Shown one piece after another: positions 1 to 9,208 of a DNA stretch of 44,747 nt. This DNA is from Escherichia coli (lineage in GTDB: Bacteria; Pseudomonadota; Gammaproteobacteria; Enterobacterales; Enterobacteriaceae), in assembly GCA_029912145.1 (NCBI GenBank), contig GCA_029912145.1_4350.1; one strand, written 5' to 3'. The position numbers were made by a program, and so were the translations under genes. The notes under the pieces were generated by a model, which saw only the letters and a program-made list of their open reading frames with translations, ran no database searches and was not told the origin of the DNA. Numbering within the stretch: position 1 is the first letter of the stretch; every line of letters begins with the position of its first letter.

Positions 1-174
1 GCAACGAAGCAAGGCATAATGCTCAGAAGATAGTTGTTTCTTCAATCGACCCCGGCGACGACCGCACGGTCAAGATTACTGGTTACAACTATGACGACGG
101 ATTCTATAAATACGACGGCGTCGCGCCATACGGCAGCAGCTTCTCCGACGGATTCAGCAATGGTTTTAATTAAA
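1..174 (+). CDS. 3-prime end of a CDS truncated by the window start (frame 3, ends ...SDGFSNGFN, stop at 172-174); probably a tail fibre or other tail protein
   Basis: Open frame from position 3 to TAA at 172-174, immediately upstream of the tailspike-like gene; function inferred from position only. Confidence 0.4.
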
Positions 175-185
175 GAGGACTCTAT

Positions 186-2171
186 ATGTCAAGCGGATGC
201 GGTGACGTTTTAAGCCTGGCGGATTTACAGACCGCCAAGAAACATCAGATTTTCGAGGCCGAGGTTATCACTGGCAAATCCGGCGGTGTAGCTACGGGTG
301 CAGACATTGATTACGCAACAAATCAGGTTACCGGGCAGACGCAGAAGACGCTTCCTGCCGTGTTGCGCGACGCGGGTTTTTCTCCGGTGTCATGGAATTT
401 CTCCACAGGCGGCACGTTAACCGTTAACGACCGGGACAAGGTGGTGTGTGACCCTGTTAGCAAAACATGGTACTCGTACGCAGGTACGTTACCAGTTGTT
501 GTCCCTGCATCGTTTAATCCAGTCGGTAACGCTAACTGGAAGCCGCAGGCAGACCCAAATTTGCGTAATGATTTGGCGTCAAGTACCGCCGGTTTGGGGG
601 CTTCACTGGTGTCTTTTTCCAACGGTAACACCGTTGAAACATTATCTGACGCGGACGGTGCCAAGAACATAGGCAGCGGCAAAAGGAGTTTGCTTGCACG
701 TAACAATGATATTAAGCATTCAGGAGACTTCTCTACCCTGCAAGCTGCAGTAGATGCATCGTTACCGAAAAATGACTTACTTATTTCCCCTGGTGAATAT
801 ACTGAAAAAGTTACTATTGGTAGCACACAGTTAAAAGGCGTTGGTGGGGCTGTAGTACTAAAAACACCAGCAAACTTTACAAACACTGTTCAGGTTAATT
901 TATCGACGCCTCATTGGCAATTCCGCCATAGTGGCGGTTTTGCTATAGATGGTTCTGGTACAACCGGGGCCGTAGGTATTAGTTTTGACCCGTCAGACCA
1001 ATATTCCGGACGTCATAATTTTAGTGATTTATACATACACAACATCAACAAGGCAATTCAGAAGCCTTCCGGGAACATCGGTAATACATGGAGAAATATT
1101 GGGGTATCTACGTGTGATTGGGGGTATTACGCGATTAGTGGCTCAAAGATGCATTGCGGGGCCGATACCCTCTACAATATCCACTTCGACGGCATCTCCA
1201 CCTATGCCGTCTACCTAAACGGCACTGTCGGTAACGGCGGGATAGGCGGATGGTGGCTTAAAGACTCCATTATTGAGGCTTCCGGAGGCGGCGGGATATA
1301 TTTAAAAAGCAAATCAGGTGACTGCCCTATATCTCCATGCGGGGTATCCAATGTATGGACGAGAGCGATTGCAACATCATCGGCTGTTCAGGTAGACGGC
1401 GTGGCGCAAAAACCGCGAGTTCTCAAGTTGGTAGACACCGCGATATTCTTTGCTGAGTATTCTTATCTCAATAACATCGAGCTATCCAACTCCAACTTAG
1501 TAACTTATGGTTGCCGTTTTGACAACGCCGATGGTAATCAGGATATTGTAGTGGATGCACAAAGCACCATTGTAGCCCACGATGTGTATTTAAACGGCAG
1601 TTCTGGAAAGAACGTTATTGTAGAGTCTGTCGCGTCGCAATCCGCAACGGTAGCCACTAAAAACTTGTCTCTGCGAGGAAATTTAACAAGGGGACGAGTG
1701 TTTAATACGCCGACGGGGAATAAGTTAAAAGCTATCACATTTGACTCAGGTAGCCATAATTTTTCTGGTAGCGGTACCGTTAACGGTAAGACTGTATCTG
1801 ACGGACTTCACGCCGCTACATGTACCGAATTTTCATTCCCTGGGTCCGGTTCATATGAAATGGTAGCGTCAAGAACGACACTTACATCCGGTAGATGGTA
1901 CGTGTGGGGCGTCAACTCTCGCCTCCGATCAGGAACAGCAGATGTGAGTATAACGTTAGGTATTACTATGGGTAGCGTTTATACTAAGTCTGGTGAGTGG
2001 ATTAGCACATTTGGGGTGGGTAAAGCTTCCGCTAACGGTATTGTAAGTCTGTACGTCTCTACTGCGGGAGGTTCAGATGCTGTTATCAGATTTAGCGACT
2101 TCTTCATCGCTGAGTTTACGACGCAGGCTCAGGCTTTAGCTTTCGCTAACTCCAGAATGTCGTTGGCTTAA
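186..2171 (+). CDS. Tailspike / tail fibre protein with predicted right-handed beta-helix (pectate-lyase-like) fold
   Basis: 661 aa ORF; Gly/Asn/Ser/Thr-rich repetitive beta-strand composition typical of beta-helix receptor-binding depolymerases; RBS before ATG at 186; terminator hairpin directly downstream. Confidence 0.7.
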   Translation: MSSGCGDVLSLADLQTAKKHQIFEAEVITGKSGGVATGADIDYATNQVTGQTQKTLPAVLRDAGFSPVSWNFSTGGTLTVNDRDKVVCDPVSKTWYSYAGTLPVVVPASFNPVGNANWKPQADPNLRNDLASSTAGLGASLVSFSNGNTVETLSDADGAKNIGSGKRSLLARNNDIKHSGDFSTLQAAVDASLPKNDLLISPGEYTEKVTIGSTQLKGVGGAVVLKTPANFTNTVQVNLSTPHWQFRHSGGFAIDGSGTTGAVGISFDPSDQYSGRHNFSDLYIHNINKAIQKPSGNIGNTWRNIGVSTCDWGYYAISGSKMHCGADTLYNIHFDGISTYAVYLNGTVGNGGIGGWWLKDSIIEASGGGGIYLKSKSGDCPISPCGVSNVWTRAIATSSAVQVDGVAQKPRVLKLVDTAIFFAEYSYLNNIELSNSNLVTYGCRFDNADGNQDIVVDAQSTIVAHDVYLNGSSGKNVIVESVASQSATVATKNLSLRGNLTRGRVFNTPTGNKLKAITFDSGSHNFSGSGTVNGKTVSDGLHAATCTEFSFPGSGSYEMVASRTTLTSGRWYVWGVNSRLRSGTADVSITLGITMGSVYTKSGEWISTFGVGKASANGIVSLYVSTAGGSDAVIRFSDFFIAEFTTQAQALAFANSRMSLA

Positions 2172-2176
2172 AACTA

Positions 2177-2200
2177 AGGCCCCAAACGGGGCCTTTTCTC
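2177..2200 (+). terminator. Rho-independent terminator after the tailspike gene (AGGCCCC-AAAC-GGGGCCT followed by TTTCTC)
   Basis: GC-rich stem-loop followed by a T-rich tract, seen directly in the sequence. Confidence 0.6.
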
Positions 2201-2337
2201 TACTCTTCTGATAACTTCTCCAGTACAAACGCCAGTTGCGCGTTAGCGGCATCTCTCTGTTGCCGTAGTCGTAGAACCTCCTCCTCAAGTTCCTTGATAC
2301 GTTTTTGCAACGCCGGAATCGGGGCTGTGATGTTCAT
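2200..2337 (-). CDS. Small coiled-coil protein (about 45 aa, MNITAPIPALQKRIKELEEEV...), not in the ORF track
   Basis: ATG overlaps the stop of the upstream minus-strand gene (ATGA overlap); heptad-like charged sequence; below the track length cut-off. Confidence 0.3.
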   Translation of the reverse strand: MNITAPIPALQKRIKELEEEVLRLRQQRDAANAQLAFVLEKLSEE

Positions 2338-2849
2338 TTGACAAATTTCCTCGCAAGATACGTTATTTCTTCTTCACAAAGTTCATCAAGGTCGTTAGAT
2401 ACAAATCCTCTGGAGAATGTTCTGCTAAATTTTAAACCAGCTTTATCATTGTCACCGGCGCACACCCATTCATACGGCAAAAGTGACATTTGCTGCCGTA
2501 AGTCAGCTGGTATGTTCGACCCCAATGCGCTAACTGCATTAAACCCGCAATTCATCAAAGCAACAGCTTTAAATATGCTTTCGGTAACAAATACCACCCC
2601 GCTACTTGGCAAATACTCAAGTCCCCATAAACACGGCCTTGTTGTTCGGGTAAAGTACCGCGCGTCTTTAGGGTTTTTACAGTTCTTTTCAGCATGTGGC
2701 TTGTAATGCTGGTATCCTCGTAGCCTACCGTCAAAACCCCACAAGTAGAATGTAGCAACGCCAGGGGCTAAGACTACCTGGAGACGGTCTGCGTCAAAAC
2801 CTCGTGACAGCAGATGCGCCTTAAGTAGTAACTCCTCGCCATCCATCAT
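2334..2849 (-). CDS. Toprim-domain protein (stand-alone, 171 aa)
   Basis: Conserved Glu in VFVTES and DxD in CAGDNDKAG match the Toprim signature; last gene of the leftward operon. Confidence 0.55.
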   Translation of the reverse strand: MMDGEELLLKAHLLSRGFDADRLQVVLAPGVATFYLWGFDGRLRGYQHYKPHAEKNCKNPKDARYFTRTTRPCLWGLEYLPSSGVVFVTESIFKAVALMNCGFNAVSALGSNIPADLRQQMSLLPYEWVCAGDNDKAGLKFSRTFSRGFVSNDLDELCEEEITYLARKFVK

Positions 2850-4270
2850 TTCTTACCTCGTCTCTTCATGTAATTAAGCAACTCTTCCTGTACCGATTTC
2901 TTCTCGTCAGTACGTGTGGCAACAACCTCGTCCAGCGTGTCTTTAGCGACGATGTGATAGAGGAACACCGGTCGCTCGTGCCCCGCTTGTTTCTGGCGGA
3001 CCGGGCCTATACGCTCAACAACCTGCAAATAGTGCTCAAGGTTCCAGCCTTGCGAGATGAACGCCAGATGATGACCCCCGTCCTGTAAATTCAAACCATG
3101 CCCGGCTGACGCAGGATGCACGCATAAAATCTCGATTTCCCCACGGTTCCACGCTTCCATCTGCTTATTACCCTTCGCACCTTTGGCAAATGCCTGGGCC
3201 TGCGGGAATCGCTTAAGGATGCGCTCCAGTTCGTGCTTGAACTGATAGGCCACCAGTAACGGCGCGCCCTGTAACTCTTCCACAATGGACTCCAGTGCGT
3301 CCAGTTTCGTGTCGTGCACTTTCTCCCAGTCTTTGGTTGCTTCGCCGTCAGGGCCCGAAACATACACGGCACCGGAGGCAATCTGCAGACACTTCGACGT
3401 CTTCGCCGCAGCGTTAGCCGCTTCAACTTCTCCGCTTTCCAGTTCCGCGAATAGCTTCTCCTCCATATCGATGTACGCCTGACGTGCTTTCTTCGGCAGG
3501 TCGATTTCAACCGGCACGATAACAGGCGCTTCACAACCGAACCACTCGGCGGCGTCAATCGTCAGACTGATGTCCTTCATCTTCTGGTGAATCTCGTTAT
3601 CTGCACCAGGGCGGGCGTGATATTCACGTGCCATCGCAGATTTTCCTTTCTGTACCGAATTAAACCAGCGGTCGGTGAATGCTGTATACGACGAACCTAG
3701 GCGCTCGCCAGCGTCGATAAACCAGTTCTGGCCCCACAAATCCTTGAGGCCGTTTGGTGACGGTGTACCAGTCAGGTTAATAAAACGCTTAACCCTTCCG
3801 AAAGCCACTTTACTAAGCGCCTTTGCACGCTTGCTACCACCTGAACGGCTGCGGAATGATTTAAGCTTCGTGCTTTCATCTGCAACGATAACCGTAAAAG
3901 GCCAGTCGTCTTTGCCGTAGTAGTCAATCAGCCACTCGATAACCTCATAGTTCGTGCAAACCACGTTAGCATCTGACTCCAGCGCCGCGATGCGGCGCTT
4001 CTCTGAACCAGTCGCATCTACAACACGCAGACATGGGAATTGCCATTTCTCTTGCTCTGCAGGCCACGTACCAGACGCAACCCGCAGCGGGGCGAGGATT
4101 AACACGCGGTCGTCATCATTAAGTTGGCCGTTTCGGAACAGTCGGTTTAATGCCCACAGTACGCTGCCAGTCTTCCCAGCGCCCATGCTTGCCCATATGT
4201 TGCAGCGATGATGCCGCAGCATGAACGAAGTCATGAGCTTTTGGTACTCACGCCTTTGAAACTTACTCAT
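2846..4270 (-). CDS. Superfamily-2 DNA helicase (SNF2/DEAD-like)
   Basis: Walker A GAGKTGS, DExx-like VADEST, motif III LTGTP, C-terminal helicase domain; 4 bp overlap with the upstream gene. Confidence 0.85.
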   Translation of the reverse strand: MSKFQRREYQKLMTSFMLRHHRCNIWASMGAGKTGSVLWALNRLFRNGQLNDDDRVLILAPLRVASGTWPAEQEKWQFPCLRVVDATGSEKRRIAALESDANVVCTNYEVIEWLIDYYGKDDWPFTVIVADESTKLKSFRSRSGGSKRAKALSKVAFGRVKRFINLTGTPSPNGLKDLWGQNWFIDAGERLGSSYTAFTDRWFNSVQKGKSAMAREYHARPGADNEIHQKMKDISLTIDAAEWFGCEAPVIVPVEIDLPKKARQAYIDMEEKLFAELESGEVEAANAAAKTSKCLQIASGAVYVSGPDGEATKDWEKVHDTKLDALESIVEELQGAPLLVAYQFKHELERILKRFPQAQAFAKGAKGNKQMEAWNRGEIEILCVHPASAGHGLNLQDGGHHLAFISQGWNLEHYLQVVERIGPVRQKQAGHERPVFLYHIVAKDTLDEVVATRTDEKKSVQEELLNYMKRRGKK

Positions 4271-5192
4271 TTACCGCCCCCATGAATGCCTTTATAAATT
4301 CAGCAGCTACTTGCGGGACGATGGCATTGCCGTAACCGCGCAATCGTCCCACTCTGGCGGGTATCCCATCAGCCAGCGGGAATGTGCCGGGTTCAACTGG
4401 CCTGAATTTTCCATCCCGGCATCCGAGCCAGTCTGCCTCTGACCAGAAGCCGTGATGCGGATTGGTCGCGATATTTTCAGTCCCTGCTCCGTTGAGTAGT
4501 CCAGCCTGTCGAAAGTCCGGTCCTTTCCGTCCTTGCGAATCACTGTCTCTCCGCTCCCTCTGTAATCGTTCGCGGTCGGCGTCGCCCATGCCGTCATCGC
4601 GGCGGCCCACCCCAGTTTGTTCGGTTTCGTCCTGCCGTCTGTGCTGCGCATGTTCACGTCGTTTGTTATCAGTGATACTGCTGGCGTGGGCCAATCTATG
4701 CGCGCCGAAGAAAAGTCGGTCGCGTTTGTGCGGTGCGCCGACGCTACAAGCTGGGAGTACGGCAAACCCGACGGCGTAGTTTTCTCCTTCCAGGTGAGTT
4801 TGTAAATCGCACATCCACGATTTTGCAATTGCTGGCGCAACCTGCTCCCCAAAGAGGACTGGAGGGCGGCACTCGCTGATGAGGTCGAGGAACACAGGTG
4901 CGAGGTGTCTCGGGTCGAACTGTCCGAGTTGCTTTCCCGCTGCGCTAAACGGTTGGCAAGGCGGGCTTCCCGTCCAGAGAGGCGCATCTTCCGGAACTCC
5001 CGCAAGTCTGAGCGCGAGAGGCCAGCCGCCGATACCAGCGAAAAAATGACACTGGGTGAATCCGTCGAGGTCTTCTGGCTTAACTTCAGTAATGCTTCTT
5101 TCATCTACAACTCCAAAAGGTATGTGACCCTGTTTTATTAATTCACGCAGCCACGCGGCTGCGCCTTTATCCCATTCGTTGTAATAGTTCAT
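4263..5192 (-). CDS. DNA (cytosine-5)-methyltransferase
   Basis: Motif I FFAGIGGW, motif IV catalytic SPPCQPFS, motif VI-like FGEQV, C-terminal motif X-like GNAIVPQV; low-complexity Arg/Asp-rich linker before motif X. Confidence 0.8.
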   Translation of the reverse strand: MNYYNEWDKGAAAWLRELIKQGHIPFGVVDERSITEVKPEDLDGFTQCHFFAGIGGWPLALRLAGVPEDAPLWTGSPPCQPFSAAGKQLGQFDPRHLAPVFLDLISECRPPVLFGEQVAPAIAKSWMCDLQTHLEGENYAVGFAVLPACSVGAPHKRDRLFFGAHRLAHASSITDNKRREHAQHRRQDETEQTGVGRRDDGMGDADRERLQRERRDSDSQGRKGPDFRQAGLLNGAGTENIATNPHHGFWSEADWLGCRDGKFRPVEPGTFPLADGIPARVGRLRGYGNAIVPQVAAEFIKAFMGAVNE

Positions 5193-5380
5193 TTTGCCAC
5201 CAGAACTAACTCTTTACGCCCGAACGCCGTAACGTTACCGGTTACATCTTCGATAACCAGTTTACCGTTCGACTCGACGTACACCGTATCAACGGCAACA
5301 GGCCGACGGGTCTTAACGTTGAAAATCATGTCGCCAGGTACGATGTCACGTGCTGGTTTGCGGTCATATTCGTGTTTCAT
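5189..5380 (-). CDS. Hypothetical protein (63 aa)
   Basis: ORF translationally coupled (4 bp overlap) to the methyltransferase gene; a promoter-like motif lies just upstream. Confidence 0.5.
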   Translation of the reverse strand: MKHEYDRKPARDIVPGDMIFNVKTRRPVAVDTVYVESNGKLVIEDVTGNVTAFGRKELVLVAK

Positions 5381-5410
5381 TTCTCAATTCCTTATATTGT
5401 TGGTGTAGGA

Positions 5411-5734
5411 CTAACTATAATAGTTCGCTATTAGGGCGTCAACCTGTTTAAACGAACCAACGACAAAAACATTAGCACCACGCTTACGCATCCGCTCGTG
5501 CTCCCGTAACTGGTGTGGATCCGGCTTCGTGCTTTCGTCTTTCTTTATCTCGACGAACCAGATGACGCCGCCGGGGAGAATTACCAGCAGGTCAGGGGCG
5601 CCGGAACGTCCTTCGTAGGAAAGTTTACGAACGAGGCCACCAATGGCCTCGAATCGGTCTTTTGCGTATTTCTGTATTTTGCCCTCAGGCGTACTCATCC
5701 ACACACCCCTCACGTTTCGTATGCGCAATACCAC
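5411..5734 (-). CDS. VRR-NUC domain nuclease (PD-(D/E)XK fold)
   Basis: PDLLV...VEIK core motif characteristic of VRR-NUC; sits beside the DNA polymerase gene. Confidence 0.8.
   Translation of the reverse strand: MVLRIRNVRGVWMSTPEGKIQKYAKDRFEAIGGLVRKLSYEGRSGAPDLLVILPGGVIWFVEIKKDESTKPDPHQLREHERMRKRGANVFVVGSFKQVDALIANYYS
5414..5442 (-). promoter_or_regulatory. Sigma70-like promoter, leftward: -35 TTGACG, 17 bp spacer, -10 TATAGT, with the dyad AATAG-N4-CTATT inside the spacer
   Basis: Motif read directly; it overlaps the last codons of the VRR-NUC gene; same architecture as the sites near 9.2 kb and 12.1 kb. Confidence 0.5.
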
Positions 5735-5779
5735 AGCGCGGACAGATCCGGCGGTCTTCTTCGTAGAACCAGTAAATTT

Positions 5780-5911
5780 TCATTCCAGCACCCACAGATA
5801 AATTGTTACTAACATACCTAATACGGCAACCATCATGCCGTATTGACCCTCGTGACAGTAGACACCGGCGGCGAATCCCGCCAGTACCGCAATAATCAGT
5901 TTACTTGGCAT
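5780..5911 (-). CDS. Possible small hydrophobic peptide (about 43 aa, MPSKLIIAVLAGFAAGVYCH...), overlapping the end of the polymerase gene; not in the ORF track
   Basis: ATG-initiated hydrophobic ORF in the gap between polymerase and VRR-NUC genes; no further support. Confidence 0.25.
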   Translation of the reverse strand: MPSKLIIAVLAGFAAGVYCHEGQYGMMVAVLGMLVTIYLWVLE

Positions 5912-8165
5912 ATCGCTTCATCTCCGCACCTTCAGCTACAAGAGGGAACCCCTCCGCCCATTCCGGCAATTCGCACATCAACCGCTCAAGCTCTGCTACA
6001 TTGTATTCCGGTGAATCTGGTGTCTCGCAGATAATCTCATCGTGTACGTGAAGTACAATCGGGTAGCCGTTTGCTTCTACGTTCAGCAGGGCATTAGCCA
6101 GCAAATCACGGCACAATGCCTGAGTGCAGTTTTCCACCAGTTTACCCGAGTAGGTGTACTGGAACCCCCACTGACGGGTTAGCTGATTTTCGCCCTGGTA
6201 CTTAATGCGCACGTTAGTAGACACCTTCCCGTCTCCATCTGTTTCTTTCGACACGCTCAACCCGACGCCCGGATAAGACATAACGCGACCCGACGGCAAC
6301 GTCATGCGCAACCACCAACCAGCGACTTTGTTGCCGTTGTTGTCCGTTTCTACGTTACGCGAAAACTTAACACCCCGCGGTCCCGCAGTGAACTCTTTAC
6401 CTGGATTGCGGATAGCCGCCATAGCCGCGTCTTCAATATCACGCCAGAAAGCTACTGTTTCCGGGTGTGACTCACGCCACATGCGCTTGATAGCGTCGCA
6501 GGTACGCCACACTTTCTTATCAAGAATATACGATGGTCGGTCATCCTTTTCACCTGGCCGCGGAGGTCGCTTGGCTTCCTGAATACGTGCCCATTCATAG
6601 CCGCGTGCAGTAGCGGCCCATATATGGTTGGGGAATGTCCCGTCCATTGTTTTTGCCATATCAACCAGGTTTAAGCCGAGGTTCTTAGCAAACTGAACGA
6701 AAGCACCGACACCACCAGCATAGCCAAGGCCCAATTCACATGCTTTACCTATCTGGCGTAGGTCACTACGGCTTTCGAGAATGTAATCAGGGTCCATGCC
6801 GAACATCTTACCCGCGGTTACACAGTAAATATCCAATCCCGCACGGAAGGTATCGAGAGCGGTTTCTTCTCCCGCCAGCCATGCCAACCCGCGACCTTCA
6901 ACGTTAGAGTAATCAGCTACGACAAACTTACGCCCGGCTTCCGGTATGATGCAGCTACGCACCGTCGATGCCGTTAGCTTGGCTACATCGAAACGGCGAT
7001 GCGCGCGGCCTTTAAACAACAGGTCGATTCCGTAGGACAATGGGTGTGTTACTCTCCACCAGTCCTTCTCTGACATCCAGTCATAACGTACTTTCTTCTT
7101 TTTATTCTTCGGGTCGTCATGATAGTACCCGCGCGCCAGGTTCTGTGGCTGGAAGCCTTTACCCGCGAACCGTAACGTACGCTTTGCCCCACCGTACTGG
7201 ATACAACCGCGGCGTCGGTCGTCCGACGAGCGGCCTAACAGCAGCGGGTTATATTTCGTGGACGCTGTTGACGCGGCCCCGAGGCGCATTTCGATAATCG
7301 TGCGGGCGTCGTCAGGTAAATCATCATCGGCCAGCAGGTCATTCAGCGTCGACTTCTGTGCGTTGTGTATGCGGTGTGCGGGGGCCAGTTCACGTAGAAT
7401 AGGCAGAAAGTCCTTACCGGTAAGCGAGCCGCCGTATTTACGTTGAGCTTCTTCCTGTAACTGTGCCTTGTGCTTCTCTACGGCTTCAATCGCGGCTTCC
7501 GCCAGTGCGACGTCAACCTTAAATCCGCGGTCGTTGATTAACTGGTCAAGTTCCAGTACACGGTCTTCGAACTCGGAGTTACCCCAACGCGGCAGCTTAT
7601 GGAAGACTTCACGCATCGCAGTGATGTCGCTCACGGCGTACCTGATGAACATCGCCCACTCGTCAGGGTGAGTTTCTGCGGTGTAGCGGCGGATTTTGTA
7701 GTTCTTCGGCGTCGGTTTAGAGAAACGCTTAATCAGAGCCTTGCCGCGTTTATCTTTCGCGTTGTCTGCAGACACGCCCAGCACTTCGCACAGCGCATCA
7801 AGAGAACCCGGCAGCGCGTGACGGAACGCCCAAATCATAGTATCAATGGTGTTACTTACCGGAATATCAAAGCCCCAGCAGTGTTTCATGATTAGGCGAT
7901 CGAAAAGTCCACCGTTGTGCCATACCATCTTAATGCGACTGTTTGGCTTAACCAGACGGCGTAGAGCGCGGTGTAAATCCACGGGCATATCACTGCCGTC
8001 GGTGCAATCCCATACCTGTACAGGCTCGTCGTCAAAAGCGTAGGTACAGATAAGCACTTCGGTAGTTGGATGCTCGGCGTAAGCATAGGAGCCGACTTTC
8101 TTCAAATCGGCTTCGGAGAATGTTTCAAAGTCTAAGTAAAGCAATGTGTTCATAGTCTGTACCAC
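5901..8165 (-). CDS. Family A DNA polymerase (Pol I-like, with 3-prime-5-prime exonuclease domain)
   Basis: Exo motif LYLDFETFS, polymerase motif B (RQIGKACELGLGYAGG), motif C HVHDEI; 754 aa. Confidence 0.95.
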   Translation of the reverse strand: MVQTMNTLLYLDFETFSEADLKKVGSYAYAEHPTTEVLICTYAFDDEPVQVWDCTDGSDMPVDLHRALRRLVKPNSRIKMVWHNGGLFDRLIMKHCWGFDIPVSNTIDTMIWAFRHALPGSLDALCEVLGVSADNAKDKRGKALIKRFSKPTPKNYKIRRYTAETHPDEWAMFIRYAVSDITAMREVFHKLPRWGNSEFEDRVLELDQLINDRGFKVDVALAEAAIEAVEKHKAQLQEEAQRKYGGSLTGKDFLPILRELAPAHRIHNAQKSTLNDLLADDDLPDDARTIIEMRLGAASTASTKYNPLLLGRSSDDRRRGCIQYGGAKRTLRFAGKGFQPQNLARGYYHDDPKNKKKKVRYDWMSEKDWWRVTHPLSYGIDLLFKGRAHRRFDVAKLTASTVRSCIIPEAGRKFVVADYSNVEGRGLAWLAGEETALDTFRAGLDIYCVTAGKMFGMDPDYILESRSDLRQIGKACELGLGYAGGVGAFVQFAKNLGLNLVDMAKTMDGTFPNHIWAATARGYEWARIQEAKRPPRPGEKDDRPSYILDKKVWRTCDAIKRMWRESHPETVAFWRDIEDAAMAAIRNPGKEFTAGPRGVKFSRNVETDNNGNKVAGWWLRMTLPSGRVMSYPGVGLSVSKETDGDGKVSTNVRIKYQGENQLTRQWGFQYTYSGKLVENCTQALCRDLLANALLNVEANGYPIVLHVHDEIICETPDSPEYNVAELERLMCELPEWAEGFPLVAEGAEMKRYAK

Positions 8166-8428
8166 GTCTGATAGTCTGCTTCTGTGAGATGGTCGTCGCG
8201 ATCTTGTTTCTTGTTTTTACCGCGTTCTATGATTTCTGCCCAAGTCCGGTCTGGGTCTGTGTCTTCTATTAAATGTTTATGCTCCTCGCATGCATAGTGT
8301 TTATACCAGTCTCGTACACCGTAAGCTGGAGGGTATTTAGTCATCCAAATTGCTCTAACTTTTTTACCTTCTGCCTTACAAAATTTGCAGTATGTGATGC
8401 GTCTGTATCTCTTAAGTTCCGCTGCCAT
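8150..8428 (-). CDS. Small Cys/His-rich protein (possible zinc-binding), 92 aa
   Basis: CKFC...CEEH pattern; ATG at 8428; overlaps the polymerase start. Confidence 0.5.
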   Translation of the reverse strand: MAAELKRYRRITYCKFCKAEGKKVRAIWMTKYPPAYGVRDWYKHYACEEHKHLIEDTDPDRTWAEIIERGKNKKQDRDDHLTEADYQTWYRL

Positions 8429-8443
8429 TATTTTCGACCCTTA

Positions 8444-8467
8444 GTAAAAAGGCCCAATGAAGGGCCT
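8444..8467 (-). terminator. Rho-independent terminator on the minus strand after the SSB-like gene
   Basis: Stem AGGCCC-TTCATT-GGGCCT followed by TTTTTAC, read on the minus strand. Confidence 0.55.
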
Positions 8468-8487
8468 TAGTTAAATTGATTCAGAAA

Positions 8488-9111
8488 TTAACGGCGGCGA
8501 CGTTCGCGACGCGGTGCGTCTTCTTCGTCGTCTTCCAGGTCATCGACGCTTGCAGCTACTTTAGAACCACCGAACGCTTTACCTTCGCCTACGTATTTAA
8601 TCGCCAGCAGGTTAACGCCGAGGACTTTATATTTCTGGCTGAACCAGATTTCTACGCTTACGTTAGCAACGCAGCCGCTGTAAACCTGTTCACCTTCAAT
8701 CTGTTCACCGTCTACATTGAAGTCCTGCTCTACCTGAGTCTCGCCTTTTTTAGAGGTTACAATCAGCGGTTGTTTCTGTGCCTTCGCTTTGAAGTAGAAG
8801 CCTTCCGGGAAGTCTTCAAACGGATTGTCGCGCTCGGCAATGTCTTTAATCGCGCATTTATCCATGTGCTTACCTTCACCGTAGTTGGACTTCATCCATT
8901 TCTCGGCAGCGGCTGCGCCTAACGCTTCTTCAACTACAGCGTAAACGGTGTCGTAGAGTGCATCGATTTGAGCATGGTCAGACGGCAGGATGATAGTCGC
9001 GCTGTACTGGCCTTTAGTGATTGAGCCATCATCGTTTTCACGGTCTTTTTCACGTTCAAATACGTTAACCCATGCAGTGTTTACTTTACGCAGATTCAGT
9101 TTAATACCCAT
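8488..9111 (-). CDS. Single-stranded DNA-binding-like protein (DUF2815-like) with acidic C-terminal tail
   Basis: 207 aa; C-terminal DDLEDDEEDAP acidic tail typical of SSB partner-binding tips; position within the replication module. Confidence 0.6.
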   Translation of the reverse strand: MGIKLNLRKVNTAWVNVFEREKDRENDDGSITKGQYSATIILPSDHAQIDALYDTVYAVVEEALGAAAAEKWMKSNYGEGKHMDKCAIKDIAERDNPFEDFPEGFYFKAKAQKQPLIVTSKKGETQVEQDFNVDGEQIEGEQVYSGCVANVSVEIWFSQKYKVLGVNLLAIKYVGEGKAFGGSKVAASVDDLEDDEEDAPRRERRRR

Positions 9112-9179
9112 CGTGATTTCTCGCTTTTCAGTTTATATTTCAAAGTTTACTCCGGGAAGCTGCCCGGCCAGTGATTAGA

Positions 9180-9208
9180 ACTATAATAGCTAACTATTCA
9201 GGTGTCAA
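9180..9208 (-). promoter_or_regulatory. Sigma70-like promoter, leftward: -35 TTGACA, 17 bp spacer, -10 TATAGT, dyad AATAG-CTAA-CTATT in the spacer
   Basis: Read directly; overlaps the 3-prime end of the 9194-9427 gene. Confidence 0.5.

Noticed and set aside
323-1738. Track ORFs 323-886 (-), 448-672 (+), 985-1218 (+) and 1538-1738 (-) inside the tailspike gene
   Set aside because: They lie within or antisense to a long, well-supported coding frame, lack ribosome-binding sites and have odd composition; treated as shadow ORFs.
4307-5104. 265 aa ORF in another frame of the same strand as the methyltransferase gene
   Set aside because: Only the 4263-5192 frame carries the methyltransferase motifs and proper start context; the alternative frame is Ser/Arg-rich low-complexity sequence.
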